In this document: one piece after another, positions 38,963 through 52,800 of the stretch | How positions within the stretch are numbered: position 1 is the stretch's first letter | Layout: each line of letters opens with the position of its first letter | Source of the DNA: Setoptus koraiensis | Taxonomy: Eukaryota > Animalia > Arthropoda | Direction: 5' to 3' | Length of the DNA: 64,000 nucleotides | NCBI GenBank assembly: GCA_048013815.1 | Contig: CM106586.1 | Span: forward strand, 9,238,001 to 9,302,000 | Made by a program: the position numbers and the translations under genes | Notes under the pieces: model-generated | Told to the model about the DNA's origin: nothing | What the model saw: the letters and a program-made list of their open reading frames with translations, nothing else | Databases searched by the model: none

Positions 38963-41900
38963 TGCACATACGCGTACACACATGCACGCACACACACACA
39001 CACACCCAAACAAAACAACATAAATTATTACTATGCGACAACTTTTAGTGGCAGACGAGTCGCTGGCTGCCAGTATAGGCATCAAGCCAGACTCAAAAGT
39101 GAGCGCCGCCATCGGCCAAAATGTGATATTAAATTGTCCTGTTAATTTTAAAGATGGTATAGAAAAACCATTCGTGGTAAATTGGATCAAATTAGGCTAC
39201 AAAATACCTATCTACATTTGGTACGCAGGCTATCCGCCACATATAGCCGAAGGCTACGATCACAGAGTTTCGCGTATTGGTCAGGCTTCATTGAATTTAA
39301 CCAACGTTAAAGAGACTGATCAAGGCCTGTATGAATGCAAAATATATTACCTAGATCGCAGGCCTGAGGACAACACCAACGGAACCTGGGTATTCCTTGA
39401 CGTCCAGGGTGAGTAAAATAAGCAACCTACCAACCGAGCAATGATTGGATATGACAGAGTAGATACGCATCAAGTACCGGTGTATATCAGCTTTGATTTC
39501 ATGGATATATGCAGGCCATCGAAATATTCTGAACACCTAGGCTTGCGATAATCCAACTTTGCAACGAGGAACGTAGTTTTTATAATTTTAGAGAGATTTT
39601 ACTACAGATAGAAACTTGTAGATTTTGTTAGCGAGTCACTGAAAAATGAAAGATTATCGTTGAAGCTATCAATGGAACGACGATAGCAATATGGTCCAAA
39701 CGAATCGTCCGCACACCTTCAATGAACTTGTCACTATGAATAGATTCATTTCAAAAAGGTTGGAACAGGTCTGATACGATACGATGGTTTCATATCCATT
39801 GAGGTTACCCATGGATATCCATAAGTGCTTATCGATATTCACCATTTAACGCATCTCTGTCTAATTTATACAGACAGACACGTTTATTATTTATAGAAAA
39901 TAGACAATGCACATCGGACTGTCACATAGAATACAATACTATCACGTTTATACGACCCAAATGTTAGACACACATCTACAACTGGGCACAGTTAGAAGGA
40001 TAAAGAAACTTATTGATGCGGCCGACAAGTTTCGGGGCTCCCCAAAATCCTTCCATTGGCTGAAATACATTCACACATAGCCAACCTATACATATATGAG
40101 TTGGTGCAATGGAGAGAGTTGGGTGACAGATAGACAGACAGATTTGAAAAGAGAGTAGACCCAACATGGCGAAAGTTAACCAGTGAATGCTTGCGGTTGC
40201 ACTTGTTTGGGTATGTTTGCGGCTAAATTCTAAGGGACCTGCCCAATTCTTGTGTGTGCATCTGAATGTGTGCAATCGTTGCTGTGTGTCGTCTATTCTG
40301 AACCAACTCAAAATGGATACCCATAATGGATGAATGCATGAATGATTTGTGTCCTAAGGCTATTGTCTCAACTATGAGTCAGTTGTCATTGGGAGTCATC
40401 TAGATTCTCTCTGTACCCTGCAGCATCGGTTCGAAAGGCGGCGAGCGAGAGAAGTAGGGAGAGAGAGAGAGAGAGGGAGGAAGAAAGAGAGAGAGAGGAA
40501 GAAAGAGAGAGGTCCAGCGAACTGGGCGAACTGAGTAAAGACAAAACGTCACAAATAGAAACAGAGTGAGAGTTGACGAGAGAAAGAGGATCGGAAGTTA
40601 ATGATCGTTGGTGGCTATGGAAATTTAATGTGTAAGCACACACAAGCACGCCAAATGCTACCGAATGTGGACACTCTCAAACAAGTGCCTAACTTGAGGT
40701 AGGTTCCGAGCGCCAAGTAAACAAGATAGTAAATGGGACTGATATAGAACATATGTGGTAATGGATGGACTAGATAAAGATTTTCTACGATCATCGTCGC
40801 CATTCCTGTGGCCGCCGTTGCTGCATTTACAATCAATTACACAGACAGACACACGCACGCACTGAGGGAGCACGCTGGCCAGCCCTCGGATGGGGCCAAA
40901 TATGTTGGGCCCACAAATATTGTGCAAACATAATGACTCTTATCGCGGCTGGTGTGTGGCTTGTTTGGCCGAGTATAAGTGAAGACAAGACCATATACAT
41001 GTATATATATATTTTGTCTTGGTATGTGCGTGTTTGTGTGTTGTGGATTAAAGTGAGGGCGATCTCAGTGAGGACCGCTCGATATTCTAACAAAGAAGAC
41101 TTGAATTGTTAATATGTCATCATTATTTGGCAGCAAAAAGTATTCTTATTTTCTTCTGTGTGTTCTGTTGTCGCTATTCTGTTTTCTTTCTCCTTTCTGT
41201 GTCTGTCCACACACACACACAACGCACACAACAGAAAATAGAAAAACAAGCTGGACGAAGACGACTCGCCGATGCCAGTTATATAATAGTTTCAATGTTG
41301 CCACCATACAACGTCATATGGTGTCGCGAGCTATGTTACTGGCTATGCTACTGCTGGCGAAATCCAGAATCAGCAACGACAATAGCGGCTACAACAACAG
41401 TAGCAGCGACAACAAAAAACACATTGTTACAGCAAACAAACCATTAAGGATCGGTGTGGCTCTAAGTCATGTCAATGTCAGATGCGATAGTAGCGATGTT
41501 GAGGAATCGAAAAGAATCAGATCAGCGCTTGATGTCCACTACAATAAGCGGTACTTCTGTATCAGCAAAACTGGCGTAGCCTAAAACTAACAACCAAAAG
41601 CCACCAGAGAAGAACAGCTGACGATCATTTGTCGCCAGCCATAGTCAAATATATATTCATGTGTGTGTGTGTGTGGTGCGTCTGCTTGTGCGACAACTGC
41701 TACTATAAGACAAAACCCTAATGTCTTACGGGCCCCTATTTTGCCCGTCATAGGTGCTAGTGCATTTTGCACAATGTACATTGTGTCTGCAGAGCTGGCC
41801 GGCTGGTCCGCCTCATCTGGCTCTGTTCTTCGAAGCCGAGAATAGATGAGATGATGGCGGACGTGATACAGATTGTGTGAGCACGAACCACTAACGATTA

Positions 41901-44900
41901 AGAGGGGGCACTAAAGAATGCGCCTAGCACCTAATACGTTAATCTGAATTGATTGTGCCTAGGTACACGCATCATCGTATCTATTCTCATCGTCTTTTCA
42001 TTGCCACTTTAGCGACGTTTACAAACGACTACAGAATAAAGGCAATTTATTTTAGCTTGTGTGCGTGTCAAAAGTTTCCTATCTCAGTTTAGCGAGACAC
42101 ACCGAGCTAGCGAGGGCGAGCGAGCGTGGCAACAGTGGCAGTAGTGGTGGCAAAAGTATATGTGCATTAGCAAGTTGGGCGAGACAGAAAAGTAGAGGGA
42201 TCGAGAGAGATAAGAAGAAGAAGAAGAGTTGGTCGTTAGACGCGCTGGTCTACATAGACAAATGGGCAGAGTGAACTATTATGAGGAGAGAGAAAGAGGG
42301 GTCCCCGCCAAATAATAATAATAACAGTAACGACAACGACAGCATAGAGTCTAGACTCTCGTTTTCATTTTCATTTTCATACAAAGCTTCTATTAATAGA
42401 CATTAGACGGTGGCGAATGAGATGTAGCTAAAGATGTAGCAGGCATTCTTTCCACAGCGGGCCGCCAAGCTAGCCAACCAGCTGTGGACTTACCTACGTC
42501 CAGCAACGTCAACGTCAGAGCGCCCCAGGCACAGCCTATTAGACGGGCCCCATTTTGCTACTTTTTACTTTGTCTTTCTTTCTCTGGAAGTTTAATGTAG
42601 CAAAGTTCTCGGCGCACTGCTACATTAAACATCTAAGTCCAACGAATAACACTTACTCAAGACGCCACCCAGACAGCCAGTCAACCAACCGACAATGCCT
42701 AATGGCGGTCTAGTGGGCCCGCAAGCGCTGCCGGTTCGGCCCATAGAGCACCAGACAAATGAAAACTTTATCATTGCGTTATTCCAATCTATTCTAACCT
42801 CAACTTTTATCTTTTCCCCTTTCTCTGTCGCTCTCTTATCTGATTTGATCGCATCTGATCCGCGATCCGATCTTTTACCACGCCCGATTGCGCATCGCAC
42901 ACGTTGTTGCGCGCAAAATACACGTGCGATAATAACCGTCTACTACCACTGCTACCGCTAACAACTTAAACAGGTTCGCCCCATTTTACAGAATCTCCGC
43001 CAGAAGTGACCTACGTTCGACCTGGCGATTCCATCTCATTGCCTTGTAGCGCCGAATCAACGCCAAGACCTATTATCAAATGGTATAAGGTAAGTTGACA
43101 CACAGCATAACAAGCGCGCGTAAAGCGCACTGTGTGGTAGTGCATGATCATTAATTAATTAATTGAGGCACACAACTAATCGACTAAACTCAATTACGAA
43201 TGCCATGAAACAATGCAATGCAATGCAATGCAACGCGACAATAGAATAAGGTAGCGATTGAAAGCGACGACGGACCCTATAGACTGAGACCGAGCCCAAA
43301 CAACAACAATAATAACGATGATGGTCATATGGAGCAACATTTCAGTTACGGCAATGTTCACGGCAATGGCAATAGATTAGAGCTGCTTATAGATAATATC
43401 CAACCTGGTGTGACAACTGGTGAATACATTTGTTTGGCCAGCAACAGCGAGGGCTCCGTGGAAGCCAGCGCCAATTTAGTAATAGCAGTGCCTGCTTACA
43501 TAACTCAAGCGCCCAGGAATCAGACAAGGCTTGAGGGTGATAGAGTTGAGATGATTTGTCAGGCAAGAGGAATGCCAAACAATATAACTTATAAATGGTT
43601 CTTCAATGATAGGCCAATTGATAAATCTAGATGGTCTATAGCAAAACGTGACGGAACGCTAATAATACAATCATTGACTAGCGACGATCAAGGCCACTAC
43701 AAATGTCAGGCCTCTAACGGTATAATGCCAGTAGTAATGTCACCAAAGTCTACCACCGCTACCGCCTCCACCAACACCCCCACCACCTCCACCGCTGGCA
43801 TTACAAACAACAACAACAACCATGTTATGCAGCATAGCAGCACTGCCACAGGGCTGCAACCCATTTACGCCGAAGTAAGCGCCTATCTAACTGTGGAATA
43901 TGCCGCCCGTGTTACCTATTCGCCGCCAATACAATTTTTACCACTTGGCTTGTCCGGAATTGTTCGTTGTTACGTGCAGTCGCAGCCGCCATTTACAGCC
44001 ATCCATTGGACGTTTAACAATTTGGCATTTGATCCAAATGTTATAGAAGATGTTGAAACATTGAAAAACGGCTCATTGCTATTTAAGCGCGTCACCCAAT
44101 CTAACGAGGGCAAATACCGGTGTACCCCAATGAACATACACGGTTCAGCTGGCTCGTCGGCCAACATGGAGGTGCGCGTAGAGGGTAAGTTGTTTGTTAT
44201 GTCTAACCAACTCTGCCTAGCCAACAACTGATCTGTCTGTTGCAGCAAGTGCCTATTGTGAGCGAGCGAGCAATACGTAGACAAAAAGCAAACAAAGGGC
44301 TTCGAGAGGCATTTCTCGCACCATCGCACCTATAAGCGATTATGACCTCAATTCAGCCCAGCAATTGAGGCTTCACTACCAACAGTAGTGGTTGCGCTAC
44401 TAGCTGCGGCAGCGAATTGAATCTAGCTGCCAATGCTGCTTGTTGTTTTGCGTTGTTTTCTCCTAGCTCTCGCTCACTTACTATTACTACTACTACTACT
44501 ACTGCCAGCAACTTTACTGGCAGCAACATTCCTAAAACTGCTGTTGTTGCTGTTTATTCCAATTTTATTCCTATCCAACAACACACAAATCCTCCTTCTT
44601 TTTACTGCTCCTTTTTGGGCCCCGTATTTCGCTCTATTATGTTATTAATCGACGGCCAAACGATGATGATTAGATCCGCCCGAATTTGTGATAAAACCCG
44701 CCGATTTATACAAGGCCAATGTCGATAGCCAAATCAAATTGCCTTGCAATGGTCGTGGCCGACCCAAGCCCAGTGTTACCTGGCGCAGGGTAAGTACACA
44801 CAGACACACATCAAACGTAATCTAGTTTAAAAGAATAGTCTGGCACTGATTTAGATGTTGTTTTGGTTGGCGGCCACTGGCTGTTCGGGCTCGCCACCAC

Positions 44901-46838
44901 CGCTACTACCACTCATTTATTTTTATATAAACACACACCGTGGCGCTGTTTCATGCAATTTGAGGCGCCACCCATACAGAGCTCGGTAGATCTCCCGATC
45001 CGCATTTAGATCGACTGTTGCCAGACAAAAGCCAGCTGTGTGTATAAAGGGCTTAGATTCAGAGATTTGGCAAGACACTTACACTCTGACCGTTTCTTTT
45101 TTTTGTCTCTCTCACTCTTTTTGTGTGTACTGCTTGTCCATCGGTTGTTGCTGTTGCTCTTGGCTAGGCCGATGGTTATAGAATAGCCCAAGATAGGGTA
45201 GATTATCGTGATGGAAATTTGTTGATACACAATTTACGTAAAGAGGATCATGGTAAATACGAATGCGTCATAGAAAATGACATTGCCACCCTGGTCTCGT
45301 CCACACTACTATACGTAGAGGGTAAGTGTCGTTCAGAGGGACTAGACGGGTGCCCTTGCTGCGCCTTGATGGTGTCCATCTTAAAAATTGATGCCCACAT
45401 TGCCCCCATGATGATAGGCGGAAGATATGGGGCCACTGCTGTGGCTCGCAAATCAGCCAAGTAATCTAATAATCTTGCCGGTTCTCTTATTTCCCTGCTC
45501 CTTCTCTTATGCAACAACAACGATTACCTCGATCAATGCCATCATTTCCATTTGTGCACATCAACAAAAACAACGACAACAACAACAACAACAACAACGA
45601 CAACAACGACAACAACGACAACAACAACAACATCAACATCAACAACAACAACGAAAAACAAACGCAAACTACAGAGACCACGCCCCACAGTCCGTCCCAA
45701 TTTAATGTTCACACCAAGGCCTGGTCAGCCACCCTCACCTGGTTGCCGGGTTATGACGGTGGCTACGAGCAAACGTTTGTTGCTTGGTACAGGCAGGTGC
45801 AGCAACAGCAAGTGCAACTTCAATTACAACAACAACCGCTAGACTCAACACAATTGTCAACATTGCCAACAACAGTAGCGCCCTATATAACAACAACTGT
45901 GATATCATCAGCATCATTATTAACGGGCACAAATATCAACAGTGATAACAGTGGTCTAACTGACCAGCACACACATCCAACAATTGTTGGCGACTATTCA
46001 ACAAGCGGCGGCGGCGAGCCCGATCAAAGCAATGGTTCATCGTTGCCTAATTCACAACAGACAGATAGTTCAACAGACACCTCCAGTGATAACGATAATC
46101 ATTATAAGTGGCAGTCCATAGTTGTTCAACCAGCAGGCTCGCAAACAATAACCATCGACAACTTGCTCGAGGACACCGAATATGAATTTTATGTTAGACC
46201 GCGCAATGTCATAGGCGACGGTTCTAGATCGCAAATTGTGCGCGCCAAAACAGGACGTAAGTATATCCGTGACAACAACAACACAAGTAGTCGCAAGAAA
46301 CAGTCCAAAAAACTACTCCTTGCGACCGTTAGCATCTCGCTTGCCCGTTATGGCTAGTTCTTGTGACCCCCTCATTAGTGGTTGCGCAACACGCGTTGCT
46401 AGACGATGCTGGTGATGGTGTCGTTGCTACCTCCTAATTTGGTTGGATGATGGTGGCTTCAATTGAATTGGGGACGCACCAATATCACCACCAGTATCGG
46501 CAAATGATCCCGGCAACTGACGATATATGTTACACTTGTTATTTTGTTACATTCACTCACTCGCTCATTCTTCATTTGTATGATCTATCGCCATATTATC
46601 GCCCGGCAAACAACAACCATGTTTGTTCTATATAGGCTCAATAACGGGAGTTCTGGTACTGACAACGGAATCGGTGACAGCCACCATTAAAGCAGCAGGT
46701 AAGTATGGGTGTGTTAGTTGTTTGTTTGTTAATAATAGTCCATCTCTCGCTGGTGTCTCGGCGGCATTTTTCTCCACCTGCAACTCCGATGACTACTGCT
46801 CGCATTCGCCTTACTCACCCTATCTTCTCACTGTCACT

Positions 46839-46871
<33 letters not shown>

Positions 46872-49800
46872 CCTCTCCACCTACTCACCTATCTATTGCG
46901 ATACCTTTGGTATCACGCTATATTTAACTTACTCACCGCTCACTTGTTCACTGCGCATCTTGGCGACATTGTGCCACCGAAACTCATTCACTCAAAATAA
47001 TACACACCATCATCGCCGCCTACAACGTCGTCTACGTTATTATTATTCGTTGTCGACAACGACGACAACAACAACAACTCCGTTGACACTTGATTGTGTT
47101 GGCCGCGCCACAATGACGTTCGCATCAATGACGAATGTTTCTACGCATCGTCATTGTCACATCGTGTTGCCTGTCGTTTGTGCGTGTAGACGACATAACC
47201 GAACCGATATCACCTGCTCTAAGTGGCTTCCAAGATCCCGACGAAGAAGAGACCGATCCCAGTATAATGGGCATCATTCGTTTGGATAGGCCTCCGGTGA
47301 GCACCGGCAGAACAACTGGTTCCGTTGTTGATCCCCAGCAGCAACAACAACAACAACAACAGCAGCAGCAGTCTGAGGGTAACAGTGATACAACAATTGT
47401 GCAACAACAACAGGACAACACATCTGGCGATCAGACAGAGATATCCAGTGATCCTCTTAACGTTGGTGCCACTGGCAGTGATCCTTTTAGCGGCAATTCT
47501 GCCACACAGCAGCAAATATCTATTAACGGTGCCACTAGCAGTGCAAAGCAACAACGACACAACGAGCTAATTAATTCATCTAGTTCCAGTGACAACAACA
47601 ACAACATGATAGGAGTGATGGTGTCAGAAGAGGGAGCAGCAACTCAGAGCGTTGAGCAACAGCAGCAACACCATTCAACATCAGCCACCGCAACTCTCAT
47701 GATCAGCACCACATCATCACAACAACAAGAAACACCAAACAACAATGACGCAACCAACTCAGCCACAGACGCGGGCCCCAACAGCAACCAACAGCATCCG
47801 CCATTATCCAATCATGTGCTGGTTAATGGGCACTGGCTAGAGAGCAACGGTTCGCCCGCTGTCGGTTCTGACAAGCAAAATGGTGCGCATTATCTCTCTC
47901 ACTCTCTCTGTCTCTCTTTCTCACACACTAGCTTATATCTCTGACTAGATGTTTAATTGCCTAAAATGCTCTATGAGTTGCCTTGCTCCCGATTTTAGTT
48001 TACCTTCGTTTGTGTGTGCGTGTGTGTGCCATTAATTTAAAGACTCTGAGGCCCGACGATAACGGGCCTCTTTTGGTTTGTTTGTTTGAAGCACGGGAAG
48101 TCGCGCTTTCTAGAGGCGCTAATTAGTAATTAGAGTGGCTGGTAATAGCAATTTAATTTTCTTACACTTGCGCCGTTAGCGAGCACAAGGTAGCGAGCTC
48201 TTGTTTTCGGCCTCATGTCTAACGCCGACATTTATTTTGTCTAACGCCGTTTATTGTCATGTGTGTAGGTATTCTAGCGCCCGCTGCCCCCAGGAATGTC
48301 AGCGTGCTGAAGGTGGCCCAAGGTTGGGTTGTGAGCTGGCTTCCACCTCTGCATCATGGAACATCGTCAAAGCAGACAGGTGCCCAATCGGACAGCTCGG
48401 CTATGACGCAACAACAACAGCAGCAGCAGCAGTCAATTCAGAGGCAAGTCAATTCGTCATCAACGTCGCCTGCGTCCTCGTCACCGTTGAGCAGCACCGA
48501 CAGCCAGTTATTGCTGCAATCAATTATCAAGGCCGATGTTGACTTTTACGTTGTGGAACTCCGAGAGAAAGGTGGCGCCTGGCGTCAAATGGCCCCCGTG
48601 AAAGAGACCTCATATCTGGTGAAGAACCTGAAGCCTGGCACTGAATATTTCATTAGAGTGGTAGCATCGTCCATTCTGGGCTCCGGTCAACCAAGCGAAC
48701 CAATTGAATTTCAATTGCCCGACAATAGAAAGAAACCGGGCGGCGCCCAAGCGCTATCGGCGGGCATAATGGGCGGCGTATTGTTCTTCATAGCGGCCAT
48801 TGTGATAAGTGTTTGCACAGTGAAAATGTGCAACAACCGTCGGACAAAGCGAGGCAAAAAAGGTACTATGGCCGCCCCACTGTTTACTCGTCCTATTTCT
48901 ATTACTACTCTGCTTGCCAGCAGCAGCGTCAGCCCATGCGGCAATTGATTGCCGCGACTCTAGCCATAATTCACACATTAACCGCCAACACTTTGCTCCC
49001 CTTTTGTTCTCTGATCTCCCATATGCGTAACATATCCGCGCCACATCCGTACCACCATATCCGCACGACTACATCCGCCGCCGTCGCCGCCGCCACCGGG
49101 CTCATGCAGCCGCCTATGTAATGATGTCGTGTCCCGTGTTGGAGCACCACCATCAGGATCCCGTGTTCAATTCGAGCGCACTGCTGGCCACAAAGTGAGT
49201 ATGACCCATGTTGCCCCATGCGTTATTAGGGCCCCCAACACAATGACCACTCGCTGTTATGCAGTTGTTGTCAAACACCGAGAAAACAACAGTCGGTGGT
49301 GCTTTATCGCGCAACCACAATGACAAATAATGTCTAAATATAGACCACTGAAGACTGGACACACAAACCAGACATACACAAGAGTTATATTTAGACGCAC
49401 CAACACACAATATGCTCCACATTTAGGACTGGCGAGATATGGCCTCTTGTATGGCCTCATTTCTGGTCGGCCATCGGCTTGCCAGTGGCTGTAAAATCTG
49501 GCCCCAAGTCAGACGTTGCCATTTAATGTAGTGGGCACAGCTTAATGATTGTTTCGACTCTGGGCGCCGCAGTGACCAGTGTGGCCAAGACTAAACTCTC
49601 GTATTAGCCGGTGGCGGGCGCAAATGGAAGTGGACAGCCATACCAATACAGCAGCCAGGGCGGTTGCACGAATTTGAATATAATAATCGATGGAGGCGCC
49701 ACCACACTAGACAATAGAGAGCCGCCATTAATGATTGTGGCTGCAAGGGGGCGCAATTTTCAACCACTTGACCAACAGTGACCAGCCGACAGTTAGGAGG

Positions 49801-52800
49801 CCCCCCCCCCGTTTGGGTGCGCCACTTTTGGCCTGGCGACCGCCAACATTGTGTTGTTTAATTAATTAACGATCAATTCATGGCTCTCGTTATCGCCGTT
49901 GTCGGCGCTGTTGTTGCTGTTGTTGTTGTTGTTGCACAATCAATAATCAATCATTGATTGTTGATTGCGCGGCGGATGGGAGCATTTCATCTCTAATCAG
50001 TGTCTCCAAACGGCGAACGTGCACAAGAGATTGATTGCTTGTGATTGCGCCGCGAGCTGGCCCTTTGTGCCACTCGCAAGAATTGTCGCCTTCCCCCCCG
50101 GCCAGCCAGCCAGCCAGCCGCACAAAGAAGCAGTTTGCTGGCTGGCAAGCGCGCCCCATTGGGTCCCTATTGGGTCGCTATGCTCGCAATGCGTGTTTGC
50201 GTTTGCTTACCTAGCTTGTAGACAGCAGCGTTGTGTAGAAACACAAACAAGACAAGCGCAAAGTTGTCAGCGTGACAAGCTCGCGCGTCTTGGGCAAATA
50301 TCGACTGGGGATTTAACTGTGTGATGGGTTAGCCCAGTCGAGATTCGACCGGGCTCGTTTGTGTGCCTCCCAGGCAGCAGGGGAGAGAGCGAGATAATTT
50401 TTGTGCTCGTTGATCCCGTGGCGGGGAGCGCGTGGCCCGTGGCTCGTGTCACGCCAGACACTTGAGCTTGTTTTGTGTGTGTGTGTGTCGCACACTAACT
50501 GCTTGTGCGATTGGCCCCGCCGGCCCCAATTGGCACAAGCAGGCCCTTATGCATTGGCGAGCCCGCTTGCTTTGGGGCCCAACGGAGCGGCCATTGTGGG
50601 GCCAGAGGATGGCGCCAGCGCACACACACACACACTAACCGTTAGTGACTAACGTGACTCCGTGCGGCAATTATGATTGCCGCGCGCAACGTTACGTAAC
50701 AACAAGGCGCGCGTGGCAAGGAGTTAGCTGCCTCAAGTGACTTGAGTGCGAGATTTCGTCTGCCTATTGCTGGCTTGCCGGCTGGCTGACGCAGTGCTGG
50801 CTTGTTTAGAAGTTTCTATTATTCGGCCTGTGTGACACAACCGTTGTGACAACAACGCCGCGGCGCCCAGGCCAGCGACAACCGAATGACACTCATCTAT
50901 TATTGACAACATTAAAAGTCGGCTGGGCGCGTCGAGCCCCCCTCCCCGCTACAAGCTCGTCGCTGATATTTCTGGGGCGCCTTGGAAACATCTACATGCG
51001 ATGCGATGCGTGTTTGTGTGAATGTTTTAATGCATGTTTTTGCGCGTTTAACTTGTTCCAAACTTGTTATAGTTTGTAGGCGCCGCCATAAGGGGCGGAT
51101 GGGGCCGGGAGCGGCGCGCGGCCGAGGGCCACTTAGCTGTGCAACTTAGCTTAGCCAGTTAACTTGATTAGCACAGAAATTAATTTAGTGCGTGCCACTC
51201 ACCAGCGAGAGGCCCGGCCGGCCGGCCAGCCGGCCGTCTTGCCAGCCAGTCAGTCAGCCAGTCAGTCAGCCAACATGCGAGTCGGCCAGCCGGCGAGCCA
51301 GTCCGTGAGCCAGCCGGCGAGCCAGTCAGCGCGATACAGCCAATATAGGATATATCGGTGTGTGGCAAGCCAGCGCGGATAATAATGTATGTTTCTGTGC
51401 GCGCGTGTTTGGTTGCTGAATTTATTTCTGCGTGTCGCGCGCACACTGACTATCTCATTTGGGGGGATTGTTGTTGTTGCCATTGTTGGGCGCGCGTCGC
51501 CGTTGTCGTTGTTGTTGTCGTTGTTGTTGCTGCTGTTATGCGTCGATGTAGATGTCGACACGGCCATCGACGTGTACATTGAATGAGAATGAGCGTCTCG
51601 CCTTGTTTTCGCTTCTTATTTTGGGGCTCGCGCGGGGCGCCGCGCTGGCGAGCTGGCGAGCAAGTGTCGGCGTCGACGGGCGCATAACAAGTGCAGCGCG
51701 GATCATTGTTGGCTTCTGTGCTGCCTGTGCCGCTGCAACGCCAATTGGAGCTTTGCCTCTTCCGTTCCGGCAACGCGCTCGCCGGCCAAGCTGGCCGAGC
51801 TGGCCGAGCTGCCGGCCGACAGTGGCGGTCGCGAAAGCGTTGCGTTTGTGCAAGCCCAGCCAGCCTGGCTAGTTAAGCTGCTGCCGAGGGGTCAAGCAAA
51901 GCGAGCGATGCGCCGCAAGAGGATGCCTCGCCAGTGGAGAATAATAAGTTTTTGGCGCTAACGCGTGCAAACAGATACACACACACACACACACACACAA
52001 ACAACAACAACGCGTGCGGCACAGATATATATTGGCTTGCGGATAAGTATAGGCTCGGCCAGCGAGTTACCAGCGAGATAACTGATGATGATCAAGCGCA
52101 ACAACATCAACGCCAGCGCTACATCGCTGCCAGTGGCCGTTGCCGGGCCGGCCTGGCCGCCTGGCGCTGATGATGCGGCGCGACGCAGACAAGCAGGATG
52201 AGAGGGATTAATCAAATCACACACACACGCGCGCGCCCAGCCAGCCAATTGCCAAGACGCCTGGCCGGGCAGTGCGCTGGCCGGCAGCGCTTGGCCGCGT
52301 CTCGGGCCGCGGCTCGGGCACCGTCTCAAGCGGCGTCTTGGCTGCCGCAAATGGCCAGTCGCGGCTGCAACTCGACGGTGTGGCCTCGTTTTGAATAACC
52401 TAGTTTATTGGCGCCCCACCAGGGCCAAACAAACGCGCGGCCAATGTATGCGGCCAATGTATGTATATGGGCCTGTCGCGCGGGCCATTGCTCCTGGCGC
52501 TGGCGCGCAATATCCAGCGCCGGCGGACACTGGCCGGCAATGTTGTTTTACATCATTGCTATCTATTTATGGCCCGTGTGTGTGTGTGTGTGTTGTTATG
52601 TATGTATGACATGGGCGAGTGTCGAGGGTAAGAAACGGGCAAAAAAGCGGCGAGCCCAAAAACAAGATAACAATGGTAATAATAAACAACGAATGAAGTG
52701 AAGCGAAAATGGAACCAACTTGATATTTTTCATTAGCTAACTAGGCTGGTGCGGGGCCCGGCCGCCACGCAGCGCCACACAGGGCCATAGAGCGCCCCAT

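Noticed and set aside
39420-39970. Possible nested antisense gene in the tutl intron
   Set aside because: Only short ORFs with no convincing joined frame.
43245-43250. AG|AATAAG|GTAGCG as a 6-nt microexon
   Set aside because: The downstream sequence continues in frame as the Ig2 exon and the donor is weak; at most an alternative acceptor.
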